From NCBI RefSeq assembly GCF_046119375.1, contig NW_027362771.1, positions 293,632,001 through 293,696,000 on the forward strand: DNA of 64,000 bases. Direction: 5' to 3'. Below are positions 51,612-62,397 of the stretch, piece by piece. Under the pieces are notes generated by a model that saw nothing but the letters and a program-made list of their open reading frames with translations, searched no databases and was not told where the DNA came from. The translations under genes and the position numbers were made by a program. Positions within the stretch are counted from its first letter, which is position 1; each line of letters starts with the position of its first letter. Origin of the DNA: Phyllobates terribilis (lineage: Eukaryota).

Positions 51612-51912
51612 CTGGTAAAAGTGTTAGAAATAAAACAGGCAGGTTAAGGCACACCATGCAAAAACCGGACACAGATGTACGTTACAGGTTAGGTCTTCAT
51701 TGGTCAGCTTCCAGAATTACATGCAGACCACAGCATTCAGCCAAAACACATATACAAACAGCACAGAAGTTAAAAAGTACAAATACTAACAGTGCACCTT
51801 TTACTTATACTGTGGTCTAGTCTGACATCTACGGCAAAATGTCTTGGTGATTATTCCTACCTGTTTTACCAGCCAATAAGTCAGACTTTACAAGTGCCCG
51901 CCATGTACTTAC

Positions 51913-52009
51913 AGGGCAGCAGCACCAGAGATGATCTCAATAAGCTCCTTGGTGATGACGGCTTGACGGGTGCGGTTGAAAGTCAATGTCAACTTGTCAA
52001 TTATCTCAG
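51913..52009 (-). CDS. ATP5F1C: ATP5F1C exon 8 (97 nt)
   Basis: tttccgtag|CT GAG ATA ATT ... GCT GCC CT|gtaagt encodes (S)[31 protein letters not shown](L). Confidence 0.97.
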
Positions 52010-52141
52010 CTACGGAAAGTGGGAAAAAAAATAATTTCATTAACTGTAATTTGTGTACAGAAACGAGGGGCAAAAACCATAAAGAGATGTTGTTCAATTC
52101 TCCAATGTATCTTCTCCCAAAGTGAAAACTCATTGACTTAC

Positions 52142-52297
52142 AAGCATTTTTGCTTGCATTGTCCATAGCGGTCATCCTGGCGCTCTGCTCACTTGTGGCG
52201 GCCTCTTTCAGTGTGAAGTAGATGATATTGGCCAAGGTAAACTCCTGGTAGTTCCTCAGCACATCTGCGTCAATGTCATCATACACAGAGATGCTGT
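52142..52297 (-). CDS. ATP5F1C: ATP5F1C exon 7 (156 nt)
   Basis: cttccag|AC AGC ATC ... AAT GCT T|gtaagt encodes (D)[51 protein letters not shown]. Confidence 0.97.
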
Positions 52298-53699
52298 CTG
52301 GAAGTAAGCAAATTCCACATAGCCATTTAAAGTAAAAAGGAAGTCAGACATTTTTGCCCCTTGCCACTGCAGCCATTTTTTTATTTTTATTTCTTGCTTT
52401 CATTTTGTCATTCCCAACAAATTAAAAATAAAATCCCCCCCAAAAAAAAAAGAATTGCAGAATTTTAATTTTCCTTTTTTTTTAGCGTTTCATTTGCAGT
52501 AAAAATAATGGCAACTATATTCTGTAGGTCAGGGAGATTACAATATCCAATTGGTTGGGACGCATCACTCAGCAACCCTGCCAATCCGCTGTTCAAGGAG
52601 CTGGCAATGGCTGTATATGCTCAGCTGCGGAGCAGAAAAGTATACAGCTCTGTCAAATGTTTAGTGGTCACAACAGGGTAAGCCTAAGCCATGTGGGTCA
52701 TTTGAAACGGAATAAAATGATACTTTGATACATGCAATCAAATGACTTATTACAGAGAAATCCACATTTTTATTGTATGCAAATGAGCTGTTCAGCACTA
52801 TGGGCCTGACTCTGATCTGAATGAGAATCTGCCTCCAGAGATTATTTTACATGACAGAGGCGTTACCAGTGTGATGTGTGATGGCCGCTCTCTGCAGAGC
52901 TGTGTGTGATTATACCGGACACATCTGCAGGTTCCTCTCAGCTTCTATCTCACAGGAACTAGTACTGCAATACAGCAGAGCTGTGAGAGCTGCAGTTGCT
53001 AACATGTTTGTTATGAGACAAAGTTCAGTTCCCCTGTCCTGTGTTAGATGTCTCACACTGGTAAGTCCCTCTTTCATTAATAATTAGCTCTGAAAGCAGA
53101 TTCTCATGCAGATCAGAGTCCGGCCCATTGTCCTGAACAGCTCATTTACAGATAAGAAAAACATGGGATTTCTCTAAAATAAGACACTGAATCGCAGATA
53201 GCAAGGTATCATTTTATTCAGTTTCCTATGACCTACATGCCCAAATAGGAAGGTTGTATAAATAAAATCTCAGTCCTTTATTTTTGTACATTTGGCGTTC
53301 ACCGTAAGGGATAAATATTATGATTATTAGTTTGGACAGTTTCCCTCTCAGCGATACTACATAGGGTACGTTCTTATATTTTGTTATTCACATGCCAGAA
53401 AAAGAAGAGGAGTTGATACCTGAACAGTTACACTTTTTTTTTTTAATATTATAATACTGTTTTGCATTTTTTATTAAACCCCCTAGGTGACTTGAACCTG
53501 CAATTGCTTGCACAAGCTACTGTACTACTATAGTAGGCTTCATAAGTGTACAAGCATGGCAGGCACTGGTGACTTCAGTAGCCTCCCACAGCAGTTACAC
53601 TATGATGCCAGCACCGAATATGTAGTGTGCACATCTTCTAAGGGGTTAATACCTGATAATAACATTAAAAAAAAAAAAAAAAAAACGCACACAACTTAC

Positions 53700-53764
53700 C
53701 AGCGTTTGCAACAGTGTCAAGAGAAAAGAATGGTTTTTCTTCGGTCTTGTAAGAGATCACAGAC
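53700..53764 (-). CDS. ATP5F1C: ATP5F1C exon 6 (65 nt)
   Basis: cttgtag|G TCT GTG ATC ... AAC GCT G|gtaagt encodes SVISYKTEEKPFFSLDTVANA. Confidence 0.96.
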
Positions 53765-53836
53765 CTACAAGAGCACAAGTGATCAGCACAAGGACATACC
53801 GCACAGCAGCCATCAGTCCACAGTCAGCCTTGGTAC

Positions 53837-53980
53837 CTGAATCTATTGAACACCACATTGCCTTGGTCAAACTCATAACCAGAGTTCAGTAGCTCTGAAG
53901 CAATCACGGAGGCATCACCAAAAGTAGGAGGCTTCCTGCCAACTTCCTTGAAGTTCAAAAGGAAGTGACTACTATGAGTC
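53837..53980 (-). CDS. ATP5F1C: ATP5F1C exon 5 (144 nt)
   Basis: tctttaag|G ACT CAT ... TTC AG|gtacc encodes [47 protein letters not shown]. Confidence 0.97.
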
Positions 53981-55792
53981 CTTAAAGAAGAGACAACAAT
54001 GGTCATTAGAAAAGGTTAACAGAAACAGTTTAAAGTTCTTTTCCCATTACAGAGCAGTTTAACCTTTGTGACTGAAGTTGGTCTTCACAACTCTAAGTTG
54101 GCATCTATAAGATTGTCATTACATTTCTTACCACAATGGCTTCTAATTTCACTGTATAAATCAAATTCCGGAATTGGTCGGCATCTGTCACAATCATTCA
54201 GGTCATGAGAAGATGCCAATGGGCACTCAAGAATGGTCCTTTTCAGCTGTCCAAAAACTCTAGTGTAGAGGTATTAGTAGTACTTTATCAGCTACCATTT
54301 TTAAAAGGGATCGTCCTCTACCCTCCTAAACATTTTTATTTTTCACTGAGAACCATAGAAACAGATACTTCCCTCACAAGAGAGATTCCATCGATATTGA
54401 CACCAGATCTCCCATTGGTTACGTGATCGCATTATGCCATGTGGGCATAATGCAGCCAATCAGGGGTCACTAATGAGATGCATCCCCTCGGATGAGAAGT
54501 GTGAGAACTGCATTAGCGACTGCGGATTGGCTGCAGAGTTCTTGTACAATGTTGTGTGAGCACCAGGAAACCCAGTCCTGACACTACTGGAATGACGCCG
54601 CTGCAGGAGGGGAGTATCTGTTACGTTTACACTGCGGAATGTAATATAGTATTCAAGAAGTGATGATCCGAGTACTGGACAACCCCTTTAATGATCCCTT
54701 GGTTATATCTAACACATACTGTTACATCCTCCCTGCCTGAGGGTAATGGACTTGATAGGGAAAGATTAACCACTGCTGTAGCGTACTGGGGTCACACCTA
54801 CCAGGCGAGACTAACATTCCAACAACTGCAGGGAGGATGGAGAAGTAGTCATCGTCCCTCTTCTCCTCCTCCCTCTAGGATGTCAGTCACACCAGCTGTG
54901 ATCCCAGCACACTGTAGCAGTGATTGACAGCAGCCGCAGATAAGTCCACTACCTGCCAGCGGGAAGGATTTAACATGGCCTCTAACCACACATGTATGGT
55001 TTTGGTGCAACATAGGGACCATTACAAATGGTATTAGGTGGCTGATGAGCGCTGTTAATACCCCCTAGGGTAAATCCTGCTTTCAGGTGAACTTTAAATT
55101 CCATCTACATAGAAAGCCTCAATATTCTCTAAATATCACAATTCAGAACTATTGAAAGCCACAATCAGATTCTATTTGCATTTTTATTGCCTAAAATCGC
55201 AAGAAAAAGGAGGAAATCATTCCAAAAGGCATCAATGCCATTCTAAATACCTAAACATACCCCCCCACCCCCATCTGTTCCAGATCCAGCAGGACTGCTC
55301 CAAATTTTGGGAAGTGCTGTTCAGGGAGGTCAGGGGTACATCTCGAATCCAGCTATGTCTATGCTCTCAGGACTCAGGTCCCTACTCCACCATTCAGGCT
55401 ATGTACAGACTAAAGGACCTCCAAGGACATTCAGGTCAGGAGGCATTTTGAGATGATGTGACTGGCAGCAGATAAGTAGGTCACACAGGCAGGTGGGGTG
55501 CCTGGGAGGAGGCATCATACTGTGGGACACTGGGGGTCATCATATACTAGAAGATATATTTTTGTATGAAAAGGACTGAGTAAGAGTAAGGAAATGGCTA
55601 AGTATAAAATAACAATTGTCGTATGCGTGCCTCTTTCTTATCTTTTAAAGTTGGGCAGTATGCCTGAGAACGTCAATGTCACACAAGCCCACCAGGTATT
55701 AGAGGAGATCTCACAGCACTGAATCCCATCGCTCCGGCAGTAATTCTCAGTAGCTTCTACCCGTGAACATATTCCAAGCTGCTCATACAAAC

Positions 55793-55997
55793 CTCTGAAG
55801 TATGCCTCTCAGCTTGTCCCCAATGCCAACAATCATAACTTCTTTTCCACTACCAGAAAGCGAAGAGATTTCGTTTTTAATTGCTTTGGCCACTGTGATA
55901 TGTATACCACCACAAAGGCCTCTATCAGAGGACACACCGATGAGAAGATGCTTCTTCTTGTCTTCAGGAGCCTTAATCTCAGCTTTCTCGTACAATG
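55793..55997 (-). CDS. ATP5F1C: ATP5F1C exon 4 (205 nt)
   Basis: tttcatgtag|CA TTG TAC ... CAG AG|gtttgt encodes [37 protein letters not shown]...GDKLRGILQ. Confidence 0.97.
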
Positions 55998-56135
55998 CTA
56001 CATGAAAAAGAAAAAGACAACATCTTCATCTGCCTCATGCTCAATGGTAGTGCCTGACACTGGGAAACACTACTCAATAGTGTATAAAATAAAAATACCT
56101 AGAGCAATTCATGCAGTTATCCAAGACAGACTTAC

Positions 56136-56267
56136 CTAAAGCTCCGGTTCCATATACTCTAGCGGGTTTCAGTTCCCTTTCAGCCTTAGCGTACTTGGCG
56201 GCTGCCACCATCTTCATGGACTTTGTGATCTTTTGGATATTCTTGATGGATTTCAGTCGCCTGGTGA
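56136..56267 (-). CDS. ATP5F1C: ATP5F1C exon 3 (132 nt)
   Basis: gttacag|TC ACC AGG CGA ... TTA G|gtaagt encodes (I)[43 protein letters not shown]. Confidence 0.97.
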
Positions 56268-56592
56268 CTGTAACACAGCAGTATAACTCATCAATCTGTA
56301 AAGTCCAAGATCAATAACATCCACTGTGTTCACAAGATCTGACTGCAGGACAGCGCAGAGTGCAGTACGATCCTGGCTACCCCCATCAGAAGTTACTGGG
56401 GTTCACGAGGTCCCATCTGGATCTGCCGTAGGATAGAGGCAGCACAGCATCGTAGCTTGCGTTATCCACAGATGTCTTACACTTAGACATGGGCAAAGAT
56501 TTAATGTTGTAATAAAGAACATAGCAGCTGTATACCACTCACAGCAATGAGGAAAGTGGTACACAGCGGCATGGGGAGGTTGCGGCTGTTAC

Positions 56593-56900
56593 CAGGGCTG
56601 GGGAGTTGGTAAGCCAAACCTTTGTCTCTGACTCCCTCATCCATGGCTCATGTTTAAGTAATAAATTTACTGTAGCACAGATTCATCTCAGGTAAAAGTC
56701 TAGACCCTTAGATCAGGAATAGGACAGACATTTATAGGACATTTCATAACTTTCCCAAATTCTTCTGAAAAAATATTCCCCACAAACTGCATTGAATTAC
56801 TGTACCCAATTTATTATATATTTTAGGAGTCTGTCCATTTGATACCGACTCAGATTCTGACTCCACAAAAATGGACACCGACTACAACTCTACAGCTCTG
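56593..56900. mobile_element. hAT MITE (CAGGGCTGTGGAGTCGG family), copy A
   Basis: Decayed TIRs CAGGGCTGGGGAGTTGG / CAACTCTACAGCTCTG, with a perfect 8-bp TSD GCTGTTAC. Confidence 0.9.
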
Positions 56901-57097
56901 GCTGTTACGGCAGAGTCACAAAAGAAAAAGAGCAATGGTGACTTGTGCCAAGGCCCAGTAATACTGGTGAGAAATATCCATTAGAATTTCCACCATTGTC
57001 CTTCCGTTACTGGCACATCTGTCACCTTTTAAGTTCCATGACACTCCAGTGCCTTTTCAGTTGCGGTTCCAATGAAAACATCATAACCACGGCAGTC

Positions 57098-57386
57098 CAG
57101 GGCTGTGGCGTCGGAGCCGGTATAAAATGGACAGCTCTGACTCCTAAAATATATAATAAATTGGGTACAGTAGTTCAATGCAGTTTGTGGGGAATATTTT
57201 TTCAAAAGAATTTGGGAAAGTTATGAAATGTCCTATAAATGTCTGTCCTATTCCTGATCTAAGGGTCTAGACTTTTACCTGAGATGAATCTGTGCTACAG
57301 TAAATTTATTACTTAAACATGAGCCATGTATGAGGGAAATGGAAATTGAGGAGTCGGAGGTTTGGCTTACCGACTCCACAGCCCTG
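57098..57386. mobile_element. hAT MITE, same family, copy B, inverted relative to copy A
   Basis: TIR CAGGGCTGTGGCGTCGG / CCGACTCCACAGCCCTG; flanks CGGCAGTC / CTGCAGCC (6 of 8 match). Confidence 0.88.
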
Positions 57387-58016
57387 CTGCAGCCAATCAC
57401 TAATGTCAGATTGTGTGAAGTAAGCCCACTAGTAATTGGCTCCAGCGGCCAGGTGAATGTAAGTGGCATCATCACTACAGGACAAGTAGTCAAAGGCCAT
57501 CAGAAACCACCGGAGAGGAAACATGATGGACCTGTATCCTATTTCGCTGGTTTATTATATTTTTTCCAGAAACACCCTCCTTGAGAAACGGATCACCCTA
57601 AGCCTTTACTAGGCTAGCAGGAGAACTAGCCTGACATTATATTTCTACCCACATGAACAAAAATAAAGGGAACCTGACACGTTGTACATAAGGTCCTATG
57701 TGTGGACAGCATGGTATAGAGGAGAAGCTGAGCAGAATGATACACTGAATCTTTTCCAATAAACCTGTCTAACGTCTATTTTATTCACCGATATCCATGT
57801 ATTCATCGAAGTCCATGAGCTATCTCTGCATGCACTGTATACAGAGAAGACTGTCAATCACTTGTAGGACCGCCCACCGGACTAGCATGCAAACACCAGG
57901 GATTTCTCACAAAAAATGTCCATTAATCTGATCAGCTCCTCCTGCTCTAGAACACCTTGTTCACTGATCAGAGACCATTTTCAACATGACAAGTTCCATT
58001 TAAGAATACAGTCTAA

Positions 58017-58696
58017 AGGCCCCGTCACACATAACGAGATCGCTAGCGAGATCGCTAATGAGTCACGGTTTTGGTGACGCAATAGCGATCTCGCTAGCGA
58101 TCTCGTTATGTCTGACAGGTAGCAACGATCAGGCCCCTGCTGTGAAATCGCTGATCGTTACAAAGCTTCCTGGACCATTCCTGTAGGCGTGCATAAATTG
58201 GACTTTTCTGCGCTCCTCGTCCCCGATTGGTGGTCACTACTGCGTCCTTGTTTTTTCAGATCCTACCAGCGTTCTCCGGCTGTGACTCCACTTTGAAGAA
58301 ATCAGGCATCTTTAGCGAGGTAGGTATTGTTTGGGGTCTCAAATGAGTTTCCATTTTTAATGGAGACGCAGTAGAGATCCCATCTGACCGGAGACGCAGT
58401 GTTAAACCAAGGCCACCCAATCAGAACGTAGTGGGTCCACCAATTGGAGATGAGGGGGGGCGCGGAAAAGTAATTTTATGTATGCCTTTCTGACACAATA
58501 CAGTCCCTATCAAGGTGTGGATCGTTGAAATAGCTGCTGTGTGAAAGCATCCCAACGACCGCCGAGATCGTTGGTTAGATCGCTGGGGCGGCCGAGATCG
58601 TTGGAAAGTTCTGCATGTTTGACATCTCCCCAGTGATCCCAAAACCGTGACGCAATAACGATCTCGCTAGCGATCTCGTTATGTGTGACAGGGCCT
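58017..58696. mobile_element. PIF/Harbinger-like non-autonomous element (related subfamily, different interior)
   Basis: TAA|AGGCCCCGTCACACATAACGAGATCGCTAGCGAGATCG ... CGATCTCGCTAGCGATCTCGTTATGTGTGACAGGGCCT|TAA. Confidence 0.88.
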
Positions 58697-58990
58697 TAAG
58701 GATGTTATGGTTTAGTTTCTGCACAGTAAAAGTACAGCGCACTTCCAAAGATTACAGAGTGATTCCTTATCTAAGTTTACAAACAGTTACACAAAGCTCA
58801 GACTCTTGAAGGGATGTCCTAAGTGGTATAAAAGGTAAAGGTGATCACTGGGAATACAAGTGACAGCCCCCCTGCCCCCGATCACATGTATAATGTGATT
58901 TTTGTGACAATCCCATTAACTAGATAAACCCTCCCTTTTCAGAACCGCTGTCCAGGATACCCTCATCTTACGTATCAGATATATACTCAC

Positions 58991-59025
58991 TGTCCTTCAG
59001 AGTTGCCATGTTCCTGACTTGAACC
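58991..59025 (-). CDS. ATP5F1C: ATP5F1C exon 2 (35 nt)
   Basis: gtgttttag|G GTT CAA GTC AGG AAC ATG GCA ACT CTG AAG GAC A|gtgagt encodes (W)VQVRNMATLKD and contains the start of the mature protein. Confidence 0.96.
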
Positions 59026-59150
59026 CTAAAACACACAAAACAGGACATTAACCTTACTTGATCTATGGAGGGCAAAAAGGTGACCTACAGGACATGAAGA
59101 GCTCCCAAAAAGTGCATACAAGCTGACACTCCATGCCAGCTTGTATCCAA

Positions 59151-59831
59151 GGGGTAATGTCTCTGCCCCCTGCTCTGTACTCAGGGGTAATGTCTCTGCC
59201 CCCTGCTCTGTACTCAGGGGTAATGTCTCTGCCCCCTGCTCTGTACTCAGGGGTAATGTCTCTGCCCCCTGCTCTGTACTCAGGGGTAATGTCTCTGCCC
59301 CCTGCTCTGTACTCAGGGGTAATGTCTCTGCCCCCTGCTCTGTACTCAGGGGTAATGTCTCTGCCCCCTGCTCTGTACTCAGGGGTAATGTCTCTGCCCC
59401 CTGCTCTGTACTCAGGGGTAATGTCTCTGCCCCCTGCTCTGTACTCAGGGGTAATGTCTCTGCCCCCTGCTCTGTACTCAGGGGTAATGTCTCTGCCCCC
59501 TGCTCTGTACTCAGGGGTAATGTCTCTGCCCCCTGCTCTGTACTCAGGGGTAATGTCTCTGCCCCCTGCTCTGTACTCAGGGGTAATGTCTCTGCCCCCT
59601 GCTCTGTACTCAGGGGTAATGTCTCTGCCCCCTGCTCTGTACTCAGGGGTAATGTCTCTGCCCCCTGCTCTGTACTCAGGGGTAATGTCTCTGCCCCCTG
59701 CTCTGTACTCAGGGGTAATGTCTCTGCCCCCTGCTCTGTACTCAGGGGTAATGTCTCTGCCCCCTGCTCTGTACTCAGGTGTAATGTCTCTGCCCCCTGC
59801 TCTGTACTCAGGGGTAATGTCTCTGCCCCCT
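59151..59831. repeat. 33-bp minisatellite (VNTR), 20 full copies plus a partial copy, in ATP5F1C intron 1
   Basis: Unit GGGGTAATGTCTCTGCCCCCTGCTCTGTACTCA; the only variant seen is G>T at 59780. Confidence 0.98.
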
Positions 59832-60077
59832 CAGCACATGGGGAGACTTACAATCCTGATCTATGGCTCTCACCCCATACAGCTGCACACTGGAGGCCTT
59901 CCTCCGGTCACTGCTGACACCTTGAAGCACAGGGGCCGGCTGCGGCCTAGTCTATGTTCCCAGGGTTCACATAAAAAAGCCGCACACTGAGTTCCACCGA
60001 GCCCAGCTACCACTCCCGGCTCGGGCTGCCCTGTGCACGGCCCATAATGTCCCCTCAGTCCCTGCACAGACACTTAC

Positions 60078-60118
60078 CATTGTGGCTGAAAGATCAGGAC
60101 GCTGCTGCGGGACAACAT
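60078..60118 (-). CDS. ATP5F1C: ATP5F1C exon 1 coding part (41 nt), mitochondrial presequence
   Basis: gtcaccATG TTG TCC CGC AGC AGC GTC CTG ATC TTT CAG CCA CAA TG|gtaagt encodes MLSRSSVLIFQPQ(W). All downstream exon phases join into one open frame. Confidence 0.94.
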
Positions 60119-60149
60119 GGTGACTGCAAGCAAGGTCAGACAGCACAGA

Positions 60150-60246
60150 ACGCGCATGCGCCACAACTAAGCCTCGAAGAGCGAGCGGAGGGCGGAGTTC
60201 TCGCGAGACCTGTCAATGTCCTTGGCTGCCCACTTCCGCCATGTTT
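60150..60246 (-). promoter_or_regulatory. ATP5F1C: ATP5F1C core promoter motif cluster: NRF1, GC box, BANP-type palindrome, ETS/GABP, YY1
   Basis: GCGCATGCGC at 60152-60161, GGGCGG at 60190-60195, TCTCGCGAGA at 60199-60208, CACTTCCG at 60231-60238 and CGCCATGTT at 60237-60245. Confidence 0.8.
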
Positions 60247-61403
60247 GATGTTGGCAGGTCCTGCAGTCCGGTAGTGTAGATCAGCGCTAGAATGGACACA
60301 GTTGTAATCTCGATCCGTCACATGATACGTTCTTATTTTATTCTGTATCACATAGACATGGTACCAAGGCAAATATGGTAATGCGTATAGTGTAACAGGT
60401 ATACTCTGATTATTAGAGGATTTCGGGGCTGAAAATACCACAACGGAAAGCAGCAAAAAAAGCACATTTTCTTGAGGTTCTTGGTGCGGATTTTGAGCAG
60501 TTTTTTTTTTTTTTTTGCGTGAAGTGTTTTTTCTGCTTCAGCTCAGCCAGGCCATGTGCTCATTTAAGGTTTTATTTTTGTGTAGAAAATCTGATGCGTT
60601 TAAAAGGGATTGTCCAATATAGGAAAAAAAATTGAGGCATGAAAATGCTTCTAGTAAGAAAACATAGACATACTCACCTCCCGCGATGCCAGCGATGGAT
60701 GCTCAGCAGGTCTGCACTGGCGCCTAAAGTGTCTTCCCCGTACAGAAGTCAGAGAACCGCTGCAGCCAGTGACTGGCTGCAGTGGTCAGGTGAGTACAAG
60801 AGCACGGCATAAGATTAACACTTTGGGCCTGATTCATCATAGCATTTTCGACAATTTTTGGGAGTGATCTCCTAGTGACTTTCTGATTGGTCACAAATTC
60901 TTCAATTTGCCCAATTTCTGGCCTTTTCAGTTGTTTTAAACTAATTCATCAAATGCGACTTTTTTTAAAAAAAAAATTGCAAAATTTTGCATCAATGTAC
61001 TCAAGTCACCTCCTGGAAGTGATTTTCTGTACATTTTGGGAAATGTGCTACTTCTTGAGGAAAAGTCACAAAATGAGTCAAAAATAGATAAGAAGAGCGT
61101 AAAAAATTCATGAAGCCCATGCGCCATTCTTAAGAATTTGGTGCAAAAAAAAGAGCAACTAAAACCACAAGACAAAACAGAAAAGTGACTTAAAAAACCC
61201 CGCAAACGATGAATCAGGGTTTTTGGGTCCCATTCATTATTGCATCTGTGCCTGTTTTTCCCAGTTTTTAAAGTTTTGCTCCTTTTTTTGTGTGCGCAAT
61301 TTTCATCTTTCATTTTCCCCTTTTTAAAGTACATTGTTTTTTATGTGTTCGCCTGCTTTTTATTTTTTAGTTCACCACTATCGGCGGAGTTTAGGATTTC
61401 CAG

Positions 61404-62080
61404 ATGATTTGATCCTGCTCAAAAAGTGCCAAAAATTGCAACAAAGTCGTATGAGTACATACAGTCTCTCCAGTGGTGGACTGGAGAACATTTGTGACAA
61501 ATTATGAATCAGGAGAAATCATAATAATAATAATAATCTTTTTATTTATATAGCGCCAACATATTCTGCAGCGCTTTACAATTCAGACAATTTACAGACA
61601 TTATGGGCACTGTCCCCATTGGGACTCACAATCTACATTCCCTATCAGTATGTCTTTGGAGTGTGGTAGGAAACCGGAGAACCTGGAGGAAACCCACAAA
61701 CATGGGGAGAACATACAAACTCCTTGCAGATGTTATCCCACCAAGGACAACATCTGCAAGGAGTTTGTATGTTCTCCCCGCATTTGCGTGGGTTTCCTCC
61801 GGGTTCTCCGGTTTCCTCCCACACTCCAAAGACATACTGATAGGGAATGTAGATTGTGAGTCCCAATGGGGACAGTGCCCATAATGTCTGTAAATTGTCT
61901 GAATTGTAAAGCGCTGCAGAATATGTTGGCGCTATATAAATAAAAAGATTATTATTATTATTATGATTTCTCCTGATTCATAATTTGTCACAAATGTTCT
62001 CCAGTCCACCCCTGGAGAGACTGTATGTACTCATAAGACTTTGCTGCAATTTTTGTCACTTTTTGAACAAGATCAAATTC
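61404..62080. repeat. About 680-bp fold-back palindrome made of a MITE end plus a 5'-truncated V-SINE-like element in each arm
   Basis: 61475-61666 is the exact reverse complement of 61819-62010, with a 14-nt loop at 61735-61748. The SINE core GGAGTTTGTATGTTCTCCCC...GGGTTTCCTCCGGG...TTTCCTCCCACA and (ATT)n tail were recognised from memory. Confidence 0.92.
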
Positions 62081-62397
62081 ATGAACAGTGTGCGACATTT
62101 TGAGGAATTTGGCATAAAAACATCAGTAAATACCACAAGGAAAAAAAGTAAAAATTGCCTTAAAAAACACAAATGATGAATCCAGGATCTATATTCGTGT
62201 TTTCTCATTGACATGAATAGGAAGCAATTCAATGAATATTTGGAATGGTTTTTGATGTGGCTGTTGGAGCAGAATCCTCTCCAAATCCACGTCAATTATC
62301 TCTGAATATACAATAAAGGACCATTAGAGATACAGCCTTTCTCTACCAAGTCCTTAGAACATAAACTTTATGCAATTGAACTCCATTCAGCAGCATT

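Noticed and set aside
51795-51865. Alternative exon 9 candidate (caggtag|GAATAATC...)
   Set aside because: It has no polypyrimidine tract and no convincing donor, so it is much weaker than 51611-51579.
51909-52286. ORF-track 125-aa ATP5F1C-like protein as a single CDS
   Set aside because: It reads through intron 7 (52141-52010, 132 nt, in frame). Canonical GT/AG sites define two exons.
59133-59990. 285-aa and 258-aa repetitive ORFs (GVMSLPPALYS)n and (GNVSAPCSVLR)n
   Set aside because: These are by-products of a 33-bp unit (a multiple of 3) lacking stops in two frames. They lie antisense inside ATP5F1C intron 1 with no gene structure.
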